Below, in pieces: positions 24,724-37,500 of a stretch of DNA of 64,000 bases. The notes beneath the pieces were generated by a model. That model did no database searches, was not told the origin of the DNA, and saw only the letters and a program-made list of their open reading frames with translations. This DNA comes from Ramazzottius varieornatus (taxonomy: Eukaryota > Animalia > Tardigrada): NCBI GenBank assembly GCA_001949185.1, contig BDGG01000006.1, positions 726,827 through 790,826 on the forward strand. The letters are read 5' to 3'. The first letter of the stretch is position 1; every line of letters starts with the position of its first letter. A program made the position numbers and the translations under genes.

Positions 24724-25262
24724 TAAGGATGGGGGTTCCAGGTTCCGTTCCATTCCAATTCCTATAGGAGAACAGGAATTCCCTCCAGTTCCAGCTGAAC
24801 TCGATTTGGAGCACTGGAATTCCTATTTGGAAAACTAGACGCGATTTCGAATTCCAGCTCTGTCAATCAATGTGGAGAACTGGAGTTCCTGTTTGAAAAC
24901 CAGGAACCGATCTGGAATCCCAGTTGCGATCTGATGTAGCTGACTTGGCGCAGTGGGACTGCGAAAGCTTCCACCAAGTAATTAAATTTTTGGGAGTTTC
25001 TTGCCTTTTTACTACGGTATTTGCGATACCGCGCTAGCAGATTACTTTAAACAATACAGTGGAAGATGCGGCTGAGCTAGTCAGTGATTCAGTGACTGTA
25101 GATTTCTTCACGTTGAACGATTTGTTTGGGTACAAACCGCCGGTTGAACAGAAAATGTGATGTCTACTGATTTGGAAACTGGAATACAGGAATTTAGGAA
25201 CTCTACGGAATTCCATCCAGTTCCAGTTCCAAGTAGCTAGTCCATAGGAACCCCCATCCTTA
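24724..25262. mobile_element. hAT-type MITE
   Basis: 16-bp perfect TIR TAAGGATGGGGGTTCC / GGAACCCCCATCCTTA. Perfect 8-bp TSD GGATAATG (24716-24723 and 25263-25270). Many internal TTCCAG/GGAA motifs. Confidence 0.92.
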
Positions 25263-25503
25263 GGATAATGGTCCAAGCCTTTGAGGATATTCCGATCTGA
25301 ATAACTTATCGTTGGCGCCCTGACGGATGGTCTTACTCTTTTCTTGGCAACTACTCCAGGGGCGGGAGACAACTCCAGGGGCAAGGTACGCGTTCCCCTG
25401 GATCCCATGTATGTTGTTTTCGAGTCGTCGGCTGATTATCTTATCGATAGAGCGAGATTGCCGGTTCTGAGTCTCTTAAAGGTTTATCGATCTCTCCTGC
25501 ATC

Positions 25504-28367
25504 ATGTCTTCCCAAGATCCTCCTGTTACTTGCAAGGAGTGCGGTGTTACTCTGAGTGCAAGAGGCTTCAGAGGTCATCCGGGTAGCCAGAAGTGCAGAA
25601 ATCAACCTGAAAGAAATAAACGGGACGCCCACGCAGACCAAGACAGACAGCTGATACCTCGAACAGCTGTATTGTTGAGAGTCGAGTCCGACCTACCCCT
25701 GGAATCGCTACTTCAGAATCAGATCTTCCACCAAGATACTCCACAGGATTCCTAAAGCAGGGAGGAAGTTAGCAGCCTAGAGCCTGAAAGACAGAATCAC
25801 AAAGGGGGTCGAGCTGAATACTGATGTAGTCTGGCGAGAGCTCCTCCTGTTCGCTCTTACGGGACTGAAAGAAACGTGGAAACAAGCAAAGCCTCACTTC
25901 AACAGTGAAGGAGAACCTTTCTAGGCCAAGGATGGTTGTAGGTTCAGCTGGGAAAGCGAGAAAAGTGAAGAAGGACAGTACGGACGCAACGCTCAAGAAG
26001 ATCGTTGAAGGGAAGCTGAATGATGCGGACATCAGTAGAGCCCTTAGAGTCCTGTGCTCCGAAGACATCGTTGCTGTCCCATCGCCGGAAGTCTTGGAGA
26101 TTCTGCGCTCGAAGCATCCGGCAGAAGCAGTTGGTTCGAGCTTCCCGGAACCACCCGACCCAACTCAACTGCCTGATGACATCACGGTTGATGAGATAAT
26201 GGCCGCCGTGCAGAGCTTCCCCAACGGCTCTGCCGGAGCCACTGATTGTTTGCTTCCCCAGCACTTGAAGGATATGCTGGCGGGTGCGGCAGATGGCACC
26301 ACCACGGCGCTGGCTGGATGACTGGCCAGGCTGGTAACACTGATCGTCCAAGGAAAAGTTTTGACTTCCGTCACCAGCATCTTCTTCGGGGCTTCACTCA
26401 CTGCGCTGAAGAAAAAAGATAGTGGTATCAGGCCGATCGCCGTCGGGAACACTCTTCGCCGTCTTTCTACCAAGATCGTCAGCAAGAGAGTCGACAAACA
26501 GGTGGAGGAGCGAGTTACACCTCAGCAAGTGGGTTGTGGAACAAGAGGCAGAGCGGAAGCGGCTGTTCACGCTGCTCGTTGTTTCCTTGAGAATGAAGAT
26601 GACAGTTGTCGTGTTCATGTTCAAGATCGATTTCAAAAATGCCTTCAACACGATCCATAGAGACAAACTGTTGGATCTAGTCCGTGAAGTCTTGCCGAAC
26701 TATCACTCTTTCGTCTGGCAATGCTATAGGTTTCCTTCCAGGCTCATCTACGGACAGCACATCCTGGCTTCAGCAAGAGGAATTCAGCAAGGGGATCCGT
26801 TGAATCCTATGCCCTTCTGTCTGGCCATCGAAGCTCTCACTAACAAGCTCACTTCTCCTTTCAACCTGGGGTACTTGGACGATGGAACCATCGGTCGGGA
26901 CTGCAGCAAGGTGCTCGCGGACCTCTACACGGTGATTTCCGAAGGGATACGCATCGGTCTGCAGCTGAACCCGTCGAAGTGTGAGCTCTCCCTACAGGGT
27001 GGCACAGCAGGAAAAGTATACGGAGGGCATTCAGCTTGGTGTGTCCCGGAATCATCTCCCTGTCTCGCGCGGAACACACCCTCCTCGGAGCTCCGCTACT
27101 ACAAGAAGCCCCGGAGCCTGCCATTGAAGAGAAGAGAAATAAGTTGTCTGTACTGACATCAAGACTAAATCTTTTTTCTCACCAGGCGCTGTTTATGCTG
27201 AAAAACTTCCTGGGGCTCCCCAAGCTGCTCTACGTCCTTTGCTGCTCACCTAACTGGAAGGCTCCTGCAGCATTGTAGGCCTTTGACGATGTCCTCCGTC
27301 GCAGCGTAGCAGAGATCATGAACAACAGTATCGATGGCTCCACATGGCTTGAAGCTTCCTTGCCCGTTAGTATGGGAGGTCTGGGCATCAGACGCACAGA
27401 GAGGATCGCGCTCCCAGCCTTTATGGCTTCGATCCACTCTGTGCAGGCGCTGGTGCTCTCCATCTACCCGGAAAGCGACCTGGACAGCGTCGTCAACGGC
27501 GGACTGGACCACTGGCCACTTCTGACTTCGGCTGAACTGCCAGTTCCCGCTCTTCGCCGACAGCACCGTGCCTGGGACCTTCCTGTGGTGACGGAGGAAT
27601 TCGGAAGTCTGATGGACCAGAGCGATATGACAAGCAAGGCAAGACTGATGGCTGTTCCGACAAAGGCCTCCGCAACCTGGCTGCATGCTCTGCCGGCTTC
27701 CCCACTTGGGAATCTCCTCGACGACAACACACTGCGGATCAGCGTTTGGCTGCGGCTAGGATCGAGACTATGTCAGCTTCACATGTGCTGCTGTGGAGAA
27801 GTAGTCGACAAGTATGGGCTCCACGGTCTGAGCTGTCTAAAGAGCGCGGCACGCCACCGTAGGCACGCTAGTCTGAACGAGTCGGTGCGAAGAGCCCTCG
27901 TTTCAGAACAAGTTCCGGCGGTTCTAGAACCACTAGGACTTCCGCGGGACGATGGACTGATACCTCATGGAAAGACCATGATACCTTGGAAGAATGGAAA
28001 GGAATTAGTTTGGGATGTGACTGTGGCGAAGTCCTATGTAGGAAAGACAAGCGAGAAGATGGGAGCTGCCGCCGAAGACGCGGAAGAAAGAAAGATCCAG
28101 AAATACCAAGGCATCGCTTCACAGTACCTCTTCGTTCCTCTGGGATTCGAGACCTTCAGATCTTGGAGACCTGCAGCGACGGAATTGATCGGGAAGAAGC
28201 TTGTTGAGTTTTGTTTTGAGACTAGATCTCTCCAATATTTCAAACAGCGCTTGTCTCTTGACATACAGCGAGGTAATGCTTTTTGTGTTATGGGTACTGC
28301 GAAGGAGACTAAAGGACTCAAAGAAATATTTAGGTTTTGTATCTTGGGAAGAACCGTGTCCACATAA
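25504..28367 (+). mobile_element. Decayed non-LTR retrotransposon, RLE type (CRE-like): N-terminal zinc finger, RT, CCHC and restriction-like endonuclease
   Basis: CKECGVTLSARGFRGH; RT motifs GIRPIAVGNTLRRL, IDFKNAFNTI, GIQQGDPL, YLDDG, LGAPL and GGLGIR; C-terminal CCCGEVVDKYGLHGLSC, RHASLN, EPLGLPRDDGLIPHG, WDVT and IQRGNA. At least four stops or frameshifts. Confidence 0.9.
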
Positions 28368-28806
28368 CTTGTTGATCTTGATTTAGTCTGCTGTTTCATT
28401 GTGGTCTTCTTTTGAAGAAAAAGTCATTTGTGTGGATAAAGCAGTATACCCAGTTAGGCTATAGGCTGGCGAACTGCGCACCGGTCGCGTCGCCACGAAG
28501 GGACAAAAGACGGACCGCTGGCCCTGGCGGAGTCTGCTGCCCGGTATCCACCGTTCCGCCCCGCTTACTTTTGGTCGTAGTGTGACAGGAGGGTTTGATT
28601 GTTGATTAGTCGAGAACGCTGAAAAATCGAAAAAATTTAATGCTGGTTTTCTCGAATTGTTTACTTTCACTCGGTTTTACCATTGACGTTATTGTAGCTG
28701 TCTCCAACTCTTTTACTTCCCGACTGCCGCTGGACGCCTAGGAGGGTTGCTCTTTCGAGCAGAGAACGGGGACATAAACAGGAAACAGGTTACCCTGTGA
28801 TGCACG

Positions 28807-30060
28807 ATGCATGCGAAGCGGACAGTAGCCACTGCACGAGTCTGCCGGAACGTCTTCCATTTCTACTCACATAATGGAGCGACTCCTCTGCTGGCCTTCA
28901 CTGTGAGCAGAAGATACATCTCGGTAAGTGGCGTTAGAAAGCTGGGCTACCGTATCGCTTGTTCATTGAACTTGCTGTTACTGAACTGAAGCTTAATGAT
29001 ATACGCGCACTTGTCTGTTGGTCCGCGCATGACGTATAACCAGTGATCGCGCCGGCGTATCTTTGCAGTGACGTCATGCGTGACTTCAGTGTGAATAGAT
29101 GTCCCTTTCTGTTTCTTCCAGAAACGGGAATAGTACACATGTACATAGGTGCATCTGTTTCCTTCTTTCCACAGGGGGGAACGGCGCTTGATGCAGATGT
29201 GTCATACGGACAAGCCGGAGCTCGTGATGAAGGAGAGCATGGCTTCTTCCAAAAAATGTCCGGACAGTGGTGGAAGACAGACGGTAACTTCCAGCCGCTC
29301 CACGCCATGAACCGACTTCGTGTTCCTCTCATCCGTGATTCATTCCTTGCTTATTGCTCACCCCGCATCGGTAAGTCAGAATTCATGCGGTAAAATGTTC
29401 TACTACACCTAAAGTCCAATCTGCGTGGTTGCAGATGCCGAAGCGTACCGAAACAACGCCGTCCCCTTCGCAGGCACGAAAATCCTCGACGTCGGCTGCG
29501 GCGGTGGCATCCTTTCCGAACCGCTGGCTCGACTCGGTGGCGATGTGACAGGTATCGACATGGTAGCTGAGAACGTCCGCAATGCCCGCGCACACTGGAC
29601 CAAAAGTCTCTCCCGTCGACCGAACCCCGTCGGTTCCGTCGAGTACAGCTGCTCGACCCTCGAAGAACTGTCTCAAGAAGAAACCTCCCCTTTACTGTAC
29701 GACATTGTCGTGTGCTCCGAGGTAGTCGAGCACGTGAAGGACCTCGATGGTTTCATCAGTGCGGTCAGTGCTGTGGTGAAGCCGGGTGGATTGGTGGTCG
29801 TGACGACCATCAACAGAACGGTGGTGTCGTGGGCGGCAGCGATCGTCGGTGCGGAGTATGCGATGAGGCTGGTGCCGAAAGGAACCCATCATTATGGGAA
29901 GTTTGTGACGCCGGAAGAGTTGGGTAGCAAGCTGAGAAGGTATGCTTTTGATGTAAGACTGAAGCATGGAATGCGGTATTCACCATTGTCCAGAAGGTGG
30001 TCGTGGGCCATGTCTGACGCGGTGAATTACGCCATGGTGGCAGTCAAGAACGTCAACTGA
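28807..30060 (+). CDS. COQ3: Ubiquinone biosynthesis O-methyltransferase (exons 28807-28923, 29175-29370, 29435-30060)
   Basis: WWKTDGNFQPLHAMNRLRVPLIRD, SAM motif ILDVGCGGGILSEPLARLG, CSEVVEHV, TTINRT and VPKGTHHYGKFVTPEEL. Splice phases are compatible. The basic N-terminus resembles a mitochondrial presequence. Confidence 0.93.
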
Positions 30061-30707
30061 GCTGTTTTATTCTTTTTATCTGTGTTCTGGCTTCTTGGTG
30101 CGAATTTCTTGTTGATTTTTGAGCGTAGTAGGCTTTTTCCGGCAGTGCCAGTGATCAGTTTGTAACGATCGTTGGAAGGAAAATAAATCGAGAAAAGCGC
30201 AGTACAGTACGTGAAGTTGGGCAACCTTAGTACTGCTGACTGGTCGTATCCATATTCCAAAGAAACGCAGAGAGAAATTGTGGTGGAGGCGGGCTTGCCG
30301 TGTTTGCACAAATATAGCTTCCTTGTCTCAGAGCAAAGCACGATAACGCTGGTCTAAACTGCAGAATACACAAGAGCAAGATGTTGCTCTCATCAGCCCA
30401 AGTTAGCTAGCTTGATCCACATCTGCAAGTTGAAACAGATGCAAACACAAGAAAGAGAGGCAGTAATCGGAATACACAGAGGCAAAGTCGGTCGCGTTTA
30501 AAAATGAACAGTGCTCTCCGGTGGAAGAGATGTTCAACAAGTTGAGACGACACAGCATGTCAAATTTCCCTGTGCGATCCAAGTGAACGAACAAGGAGAG
30601 GAAAACTGTCGCGTTGGAATAAACCAAGGTTCGCGTAACAGCATATCCGCTATTCCCTCCCCTGCTTTGTTTTCCCGCTTACGGTTTGGTTTTCACCCGT
30701 TTCAAAA

Positions 30708-32280
30708 ATGGAGTTGATGGTGCCGCTTTTGTTGGCTGTGGTTTTTGTGACTTGCGGAGTTGATTCCCTGGATTGCCCGCCCTGTGTCAAGGAGGAATGT
30801 CCGGCTGAACCGACCAAATGCCTGGCGGGAGTGGTCAGGGACAGCTGCGGATGCTGCTTCGTTTGTGGCAACCTGGAAGGAGACCGATGCGACCGTGACA
30901 GCAACAACGGAGCTCCTCAATATGGGCCGTGCGGTGACAATCTGCAGTGCCGCAACAGAGCCGACTTGCCCGAGAAGGAAGCGGTAGGCACACTCCAAAG
31001 CCTTCTGAAGATTCTTTAACGTCTAACGTAGTAAAAATTTGTTGGACGTTTCGATGTTGAACATAATTATTGAAATTGTGGGGATTTCAACACAATGAGC
31101 TACTGTCGGTTATATACCACATGAGACTGCTTTATTTGTGGAGGCATCTCAGACGATTCTACGGTTTCTACGTTTGGTCCACATGTGCTGCAGAAGTTCC
31201 ATGGATTAATGTTTTCTATCTTCTGCTGGATATCCGTACAGGTATGCGAATGCACGCACCAAAAGATGATTTGCGGATCCAATAAGGAAACCTACGAGAA
31301 TTTGTGTCAGTTGATGGAAGATGCCAACGACCGTGGAGAGAAAATAACCATCGAACGTGAAGGTCCCTGCAAAGGAGGTACGGCAAAAGCCCATCCAGGT
31401 GGCGCAGTTGAGCGCTTCTCAAATCTCGATCATCCCCTCCTTGCTCCATAGCTTCTAAAACTCGCGCTTGAATAACGCACGGCGTCTTTCTTTACATACA
31501 GATCCTTGGATCGCCACCGCACCGGACGATGCTCACCTGTACGAAGGAGAAAACACCTCGCTGTCCTGCGAAGCCATGGGCAACCCCGTCCCCATGATCA
31601 TCTGGAGCTTCGTCGACAAGGAACACATTGAAACCATGCTTCCCAGTAAGCCAGTTGTGGGAAACCAGAATCCTCCAAATTACGCATGAATATCTCTGCA
31701 GTGTCCTCCTGATATGGAAGCTCGGCAAAAAAACCAGACTGGACCGTTTTGCCCAGTGGTGCACGCTTCCAGCCAATAGCAATGAGAATTTTGCGCTACT
31801 TGGGAAACTGGCATGGCCGGGTTTTTTCCAATCGGCGCACGCTTTCACTCAATAACACCGGAAGCGTGCGCCACTTGGGAAAATGATCTGATCGAGTCCC
31901 CAGGTCGACCGTGTTTGCCACATCCCCACATTATGCAGTCAAATGTTTCAATGCAGTTTTGATCTGATTTTACAGGTGATGATGAACATTTCTCGGTGCA
32001 ACTTCGTGGTGGTCCCGAGAAGTTCGAGATGACCAGCTGGTTGCTGATCCAGAGTGCCAAGAAGCGGGATACCGGTAGCTATCGGTGTGTGGCCAAGAAC
32101 GACATGGGGCAGAAAGACTCGTACGCCAACGTCAAGATTTACGGCAAGGGCGAGACTATCCCCGCCGAAGGCCTGATACCTGCCCCGAAAGAGCTGCGCA
32201 ACAACCGCAACCTACAAGGCCAGACCCGCGCCCGTCGTGAACGACGCTGGCAAGAAAACTCCCGACATGGCGAGTTGTGA
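30708..32280 (+). CDS. Secreted IGFBP-related protein (IGFBP domain + Kazal + Ig), IGFBP7/KAZALD1-like, 4 exons
   Basis: Signal peptide; RDSCGCCFVC IGFBP motif; Kazal ICGSNKETYENLCQL...GPC; Ig LSCEAMGNPVPMIIW...VQLRGGPEKFEMTSWLLI...DTGSYRCVAKN. Confidence 0.9.
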
Positions 32281-32519
32281 AGGATGTGCAGATCCACGTG
32301 GAATAGTTTCATTGAAAACTAGTAAAATACAATCAACTTGAAATCAGACACTGCCACATTTTTAGTTATGACACTGTTTTTATTGTTTACGCCTTTCGCG
32401 CATTTTGTGCCTTTCGATATTCTTTTCGTTTCTGACATGTACGGTGCTCACACGTCTTTTCGGATGAAGTTCTTTGCTCATAGTCAAATAAAAAAGGGTC
32501 AGTCAACGTGGCTGAACAT

Positions 32520-33992
32520 TCAGAGAGAAGTGCGACCAGGCGGCAGGACCTGACGTACGTTAAAATTAATTCTAGAGTAACTTAAATATTCTCGGACTTT
32601 CTCGGACAATTGTCGGTCCTCATGCGCTATCAACGGTATCGCAGAAGACGAAGCTTGGTCCTGGAAGATTTTCGGTACTGCGTGGAAAGCTAGCCTGCTT
32701 TCGCCGGACATAATGAAGACGTCTCCGCTGCGAACCACGACGGCGTCAGGCCAGACGTCGCTTCGTTGTCCGATGAGGAAGAACGCCGGCTGACCAAAAC
32801 TGAAAAGATAAAATTACGATTCACAACACGGTAAAAGAATAATGGAGGTTTTATTCCAAGTTGTACCTTACGGATATGAGGGGAGCTTCTTGGTAAGGCT
32901 CAGAGACATCGCGGTGAGCGCTGAGGGTGGAATCGAGGTGGTAGTAGTTTACGATAGCTGCTTCGGGAGAGAAGTTTGGGAAACCGGCTGCTTCGGCGAT
33001 TGCACAACAGAGTTCCGAAACATCGGCAGGAAAAGGCGTCTTCTTTGCTTCACTATAGACCTATGAAACACATGGCCACGCCAATGATAATAATATGTGA
33101 ATTGTAAATGTACAAATCAGGCAGAAGAAGATACCTTTGTATCCCAGTCATGGTGATATCCCAAAGTTATCCAGCGTAAATTCCAGATCGGCGCGAAGGA
33201 AACAACCTGAAAATATTCAGGCCTTGTTTTCGTACTGTGAAAGCACAAAGAGATTAACTGTTTACTGTTTTGGAAGATTTCTTTTTGCGATCACAGAGGG
33301 AAGACGTCCACCAGTCCACGTCTTCTCTCGATTTCGGATACGACCAGTGATTATCGAGGTTGCTAACTTGCTGTTCTTGCCGAGGATAGCTTAGAAGCGC
33401 TTGTTTGATCCATCTTTCTTGTCCTTCGTGTGTGAACGGATTACGGATTACTAGTCCACCTGAGACGCGAAGAAACAACGTCAGATTCCTTCATAAAACA
33501 GCTCAACATTAAGTGGCGCACGACGTAACAGTAAACCATATCAACCCTGCGCCGATTGACCGACGTTAACAGTCATCGAGTAAGTGGCGCAGCCAACCGG
33601 TTGAATTGATGCAGCAGCGCGCCACTTGACAGAGGTAATCTCGTACGAACCCGGACATGAGTTGAGTTCACGGATATCCCATTGATCAATTGATTTGAGC
33701 CCCAGTCGTTGAAAACTCTCATCTTCAGTCCTTTCGTTTCTTACGGCCTGTCTACAAAAACCGCTGTTGCACGTTCAAGAGTCTGAGGAAGAAGGAGCGC
33801 TTACAGTACCTTTCGTTGCGTCGATATGGTGTTCCAAGTGACTGGATCCTCCGGATCAGCGAGTTTGATTCCAGCTGCCTTGGCAGATGTGATGTGGTTA
33901 CTCTTCAGGGCTTTACACAGCTTGAACGCTCGCTTGATACCGCTTTCTCCTCCTGCATCCGACCCTCTGTAAGGCAAAGCTATTGTCGCCAT
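32520..33992 (-). CDS. ALKBH1: AlkB homolog 1 (Fe/2OG nucleic acid dioxygenase), multi-exon
   Basis: GLVIRNPF...ERWIKQALLSYP, WITLGYHHDWDTK, EAAIVNYYHLDSTLSAHRD (HxD), SGDVFIMSGESRLAFHAVPKI and RINFNVRQV. Confidence 0.9.
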
Positions 33993-34593
33993 GGTCTGCT
34001 GATATTCTTCTGATTACAACGGCGAAACCTACAAGCGCAAAGTGACGAAACGTGGGAAATGCGTGGGAAATAGTATCCGGAATTCGGAAACCACAACAGA
34101 GCTTCCGGACAATCAACAATCAATGAAGCCTGCCGGTGAGGCCGGATCCGCCTGTCGAGCCAGTGGCGGTATCCCGGTCACCGGTGGCAGGGTCGCTTAG
34201 TACCTTTTTCGCTTGAGACAGTATTCCATGGTTTCGTGGTATACTGAACTAAAAAATAAACACTGTGATTTGTCTGTAAAATGGTTCTGTTTAAACATGC
34301 GTTGCTATTGTTTTTCATCCAGTTTACTTTCGCAAATTGCAGTACGTGATTTCGCTGAATAGTCGAAACATAAAGGATACCAAACAGACGAAGCAACAAC
34401 AAGCATTAAACAGTCAGAAAAAACGCAGAATAATAAAACAAGAAGTTGTACACAGAAACGACAGAAGCGCCGGGCGCCCGATGCAATAAGTTAGATAAAA
34501 CAAAAACGAAACACAAATCCACAGACGACAAATAATTAAAAATATTACGCAAGATGATACACCTCGTTCGTTCGGTCCAGCCGAAGTCTTTCA

Positions 34594-37500
34594 TCAGATC
34601 ACATGGTTCTCGCTGAGAGACTGCAGATGCATGATCTTGGTTAGTCCGGCCACAGCCACAGGATCGGGCAGGCGACAGTCGGTGATGAGGGTCCACAGTC
34701 TCATCTGGTACTTCCTGACAGCACCTTTGGCCGTCTCTGCCACCGCCACCAGGATCTCCACAATCTTGCGCAGCATCATGATGCTCAGCATGCTGTGTTG
34801 CGTCGGCATCGGCGACTCGTAGCGTCCATCTTCGAACTTGCCTCCATGCTTGGCCATGCGACTGAACTCTTCCATGACCATTGTCAAGTACTCCACACCT
34901 GCCACAAGTCCAACAACATCGGCCAGTCCTCGTAGTCTCAATTCATGACAGATGGGAGTTTTAAGTTTTTCCAAATTTGAACTATTTGGGGGCTCGGCGA
35001 AAACAGTCGACAATTTTCTTGTTTTTCTTTGAATGGCGCACGTTCCCAACGTTACCAACTGAAAGCGTGCTCCACTTGGAAAAAACGATTTTTTCAAGTT
35101 TGTTTTTGCCGAGCTCCAATTCTTTCTTCTTCGTATTTAATTTTGATTAATCTTCAGTCATCATTTCAAGTTCTAAAAACGACGACAACACTGCATCAAA
35201 CTTTCATTCTCTAAGAATCATTGAAAAAATTTTCATGAAATGAATCCCAACAAATTTCATTTCCGAATATCTTTGAACTTATATTTTCTGTCCGACTTAC
35301 CGAAAGGGTGTTCTGCCAAGATGTTGACCATCTTCTCCTCACATCCCACCAGGCCTGCCAAGATGACCAGCGCGAACTCACGGTTGAGCTGCGAGGTGGC
35401 TGTCCACGGGTGGGTGATGGGCAGCAGCTGGATCAAGTTGTGAACCAGCTCGCACAAGACCTTGCCGGTGGGTGTGGCGATGAGGAGGTCCATGTTGGCG
35501 TCATGGACTGTCATCTTGGACAAGGCTTCCAGAGCGAGACACCTTGCCGACAAGTCGCCAGCTAGATGCTGGGACAAGACGGTCGGCAGTGTGTCTTGAG
35601 CTGCCGAAGAAGGACAGACTGTCCAGTGAATCAAACCTTCCAACAATGGCCGACAAACCTGCAACCAAAACTCCATGCAAATCCATTGACGGACGAATGG
35701 AAGGTCGGCAAACGAAACGTAGAAGTTGTGCGTAGAAGTTGTGCGTTAAACGTACAAGTTCGCAAACTCAAATGGCGCACGTTCTAATTCATATTAGCTG
35801 GAAGTGTGCGCCGCTTGAAATGACGATCTTGCGTCGTGCCAAGTGACGCACTCTCTCAGTGTTAATAGCGGAAGGCGTGCGCTACTTGGAAACGACCGCC
35901 TCGAGTTCCCAAGTGGCGCATGTTCTCGTTGTTATCAGCTGGAGGCCCGCGCCAGTTGATATAACGATCTTAAACCCTTCGTTTGCTGGAGTCCTAATAC
36001 TGAACTTTTTCCAAACCGCAAAGCTATAGACATTCAGAAAAAATACAAGGATTTATAAAGAAAATTTCAGTTCGTTCAAAAATTTAGGGGAATTCTCTAT
36101 AGGTTGTTCCAACTTACGGCTTCTTCAGAGTCGCTGAGGTCCAGATGTCCAGCGATATTCGCCAGCGTCACCATCAAGTTCTCTCGGACATGTTCCACGG
36201 TGTCGGTCCACCACGGACTGACCTGCGTCCCCTTGCAACCCACCACTCGTTTCTGTGCTACCTCTTCCGTTCTCGCACTCATCACCAATTCACTCTCATC
36301 TTCTTCCAAATGACCCACTTCCGTGCCACCGTCGTTCTCCTTGTCCCCACTGGGCGATCTAACCACCTCCACCGAGTCCTCTTCCGGATGTGTGTGGTTG
36401 AAGGTGATGAACTGCCCGATCAACCACAACAGTCGCTGATGCTTGGCCATTATGGCTTCATTGCCCGGGATAGCCGCCAAGTTCCTCACGCTCGTCGAGA
36501 TGGCCACACTCTTCCTGGCTATAGTTTCCTGCGTCTCGCTTCTCAAGTTAAAGAAGAACGGGCCTTCTGATCCATCGTCAACTATTTTCATTTTCTTACT
36601 GGGAGATTCCATTGTATCGCTGTCGTTATGATTTTTATTCAGTGTATTTTGTGGGAAGCGTGGGTGTGTCTGTAAATGTGAGCATGTCGGGCATATCGAG
36701 ACGCTGTTCTGCCCATCAGCCTCATTTCCGCTGGATTCGTTCAGGCTACATCTTCGGCACTTCTGGCCGACGGCACTCTCACTAGAGCTGTCCAACAGCA
36801 ATCGCCCCACTGCCACTTCCAGCCAGTCGACCACCGTGTCGAGGAAGCCGGTGGGCAGGTTGCTCAGGATGAAGTAGTTGGCAGTGTGGTCGTCGCAGGT
36901 GTAAATGTTCAGCATCTCGATGGCCCAACCTGACTCGGCTAACAGACCCGACTTGAGACGCATAAAAAGCTTCCGGATCTCCACATTGGTTCCACCTGAA
37001 AGAAACCATACTGTTATCAAAGGGCGTCCAGCATACTTATCAGAGCTACCTGCATACACTAACCCATACATTACTGCGGCGCAAATGGTATGCAGGTTCA
37101 TGATAGATAGTGCAGTGATAGAACATGTCACATCGCGCACCTGCATACGCCTTATCTCATAGTCATCGTAATGTGCCAGTGCGTAGGTTAACGCAACCCA
37201 AGTGCAACAACACTTAATCACGCACTTGCATACGTAACCAGCCTTGCAAGTACCTAACAGGTTGTACGCAGGCGCGTGACCAGGCTAGTGCAATTTGTTT
37301 TGCCGCTCCCTCAAGCTGAAAAAACGACGTTTCCTCACCGAAGTCGCGGATGGTGTACCGCAACCGATTGCGCATCTGGATTTCCGTGGCTTCCACGCTG
37401 TCAGGTGGAAAGTTGAACTCTGGTTGTTGCGGGATCGGTGGAGCTAGTGGCTGGAGCGCTGCCGCGGGAAGCATCGGCATCAGCGGCTGCTGCTGCTGCT

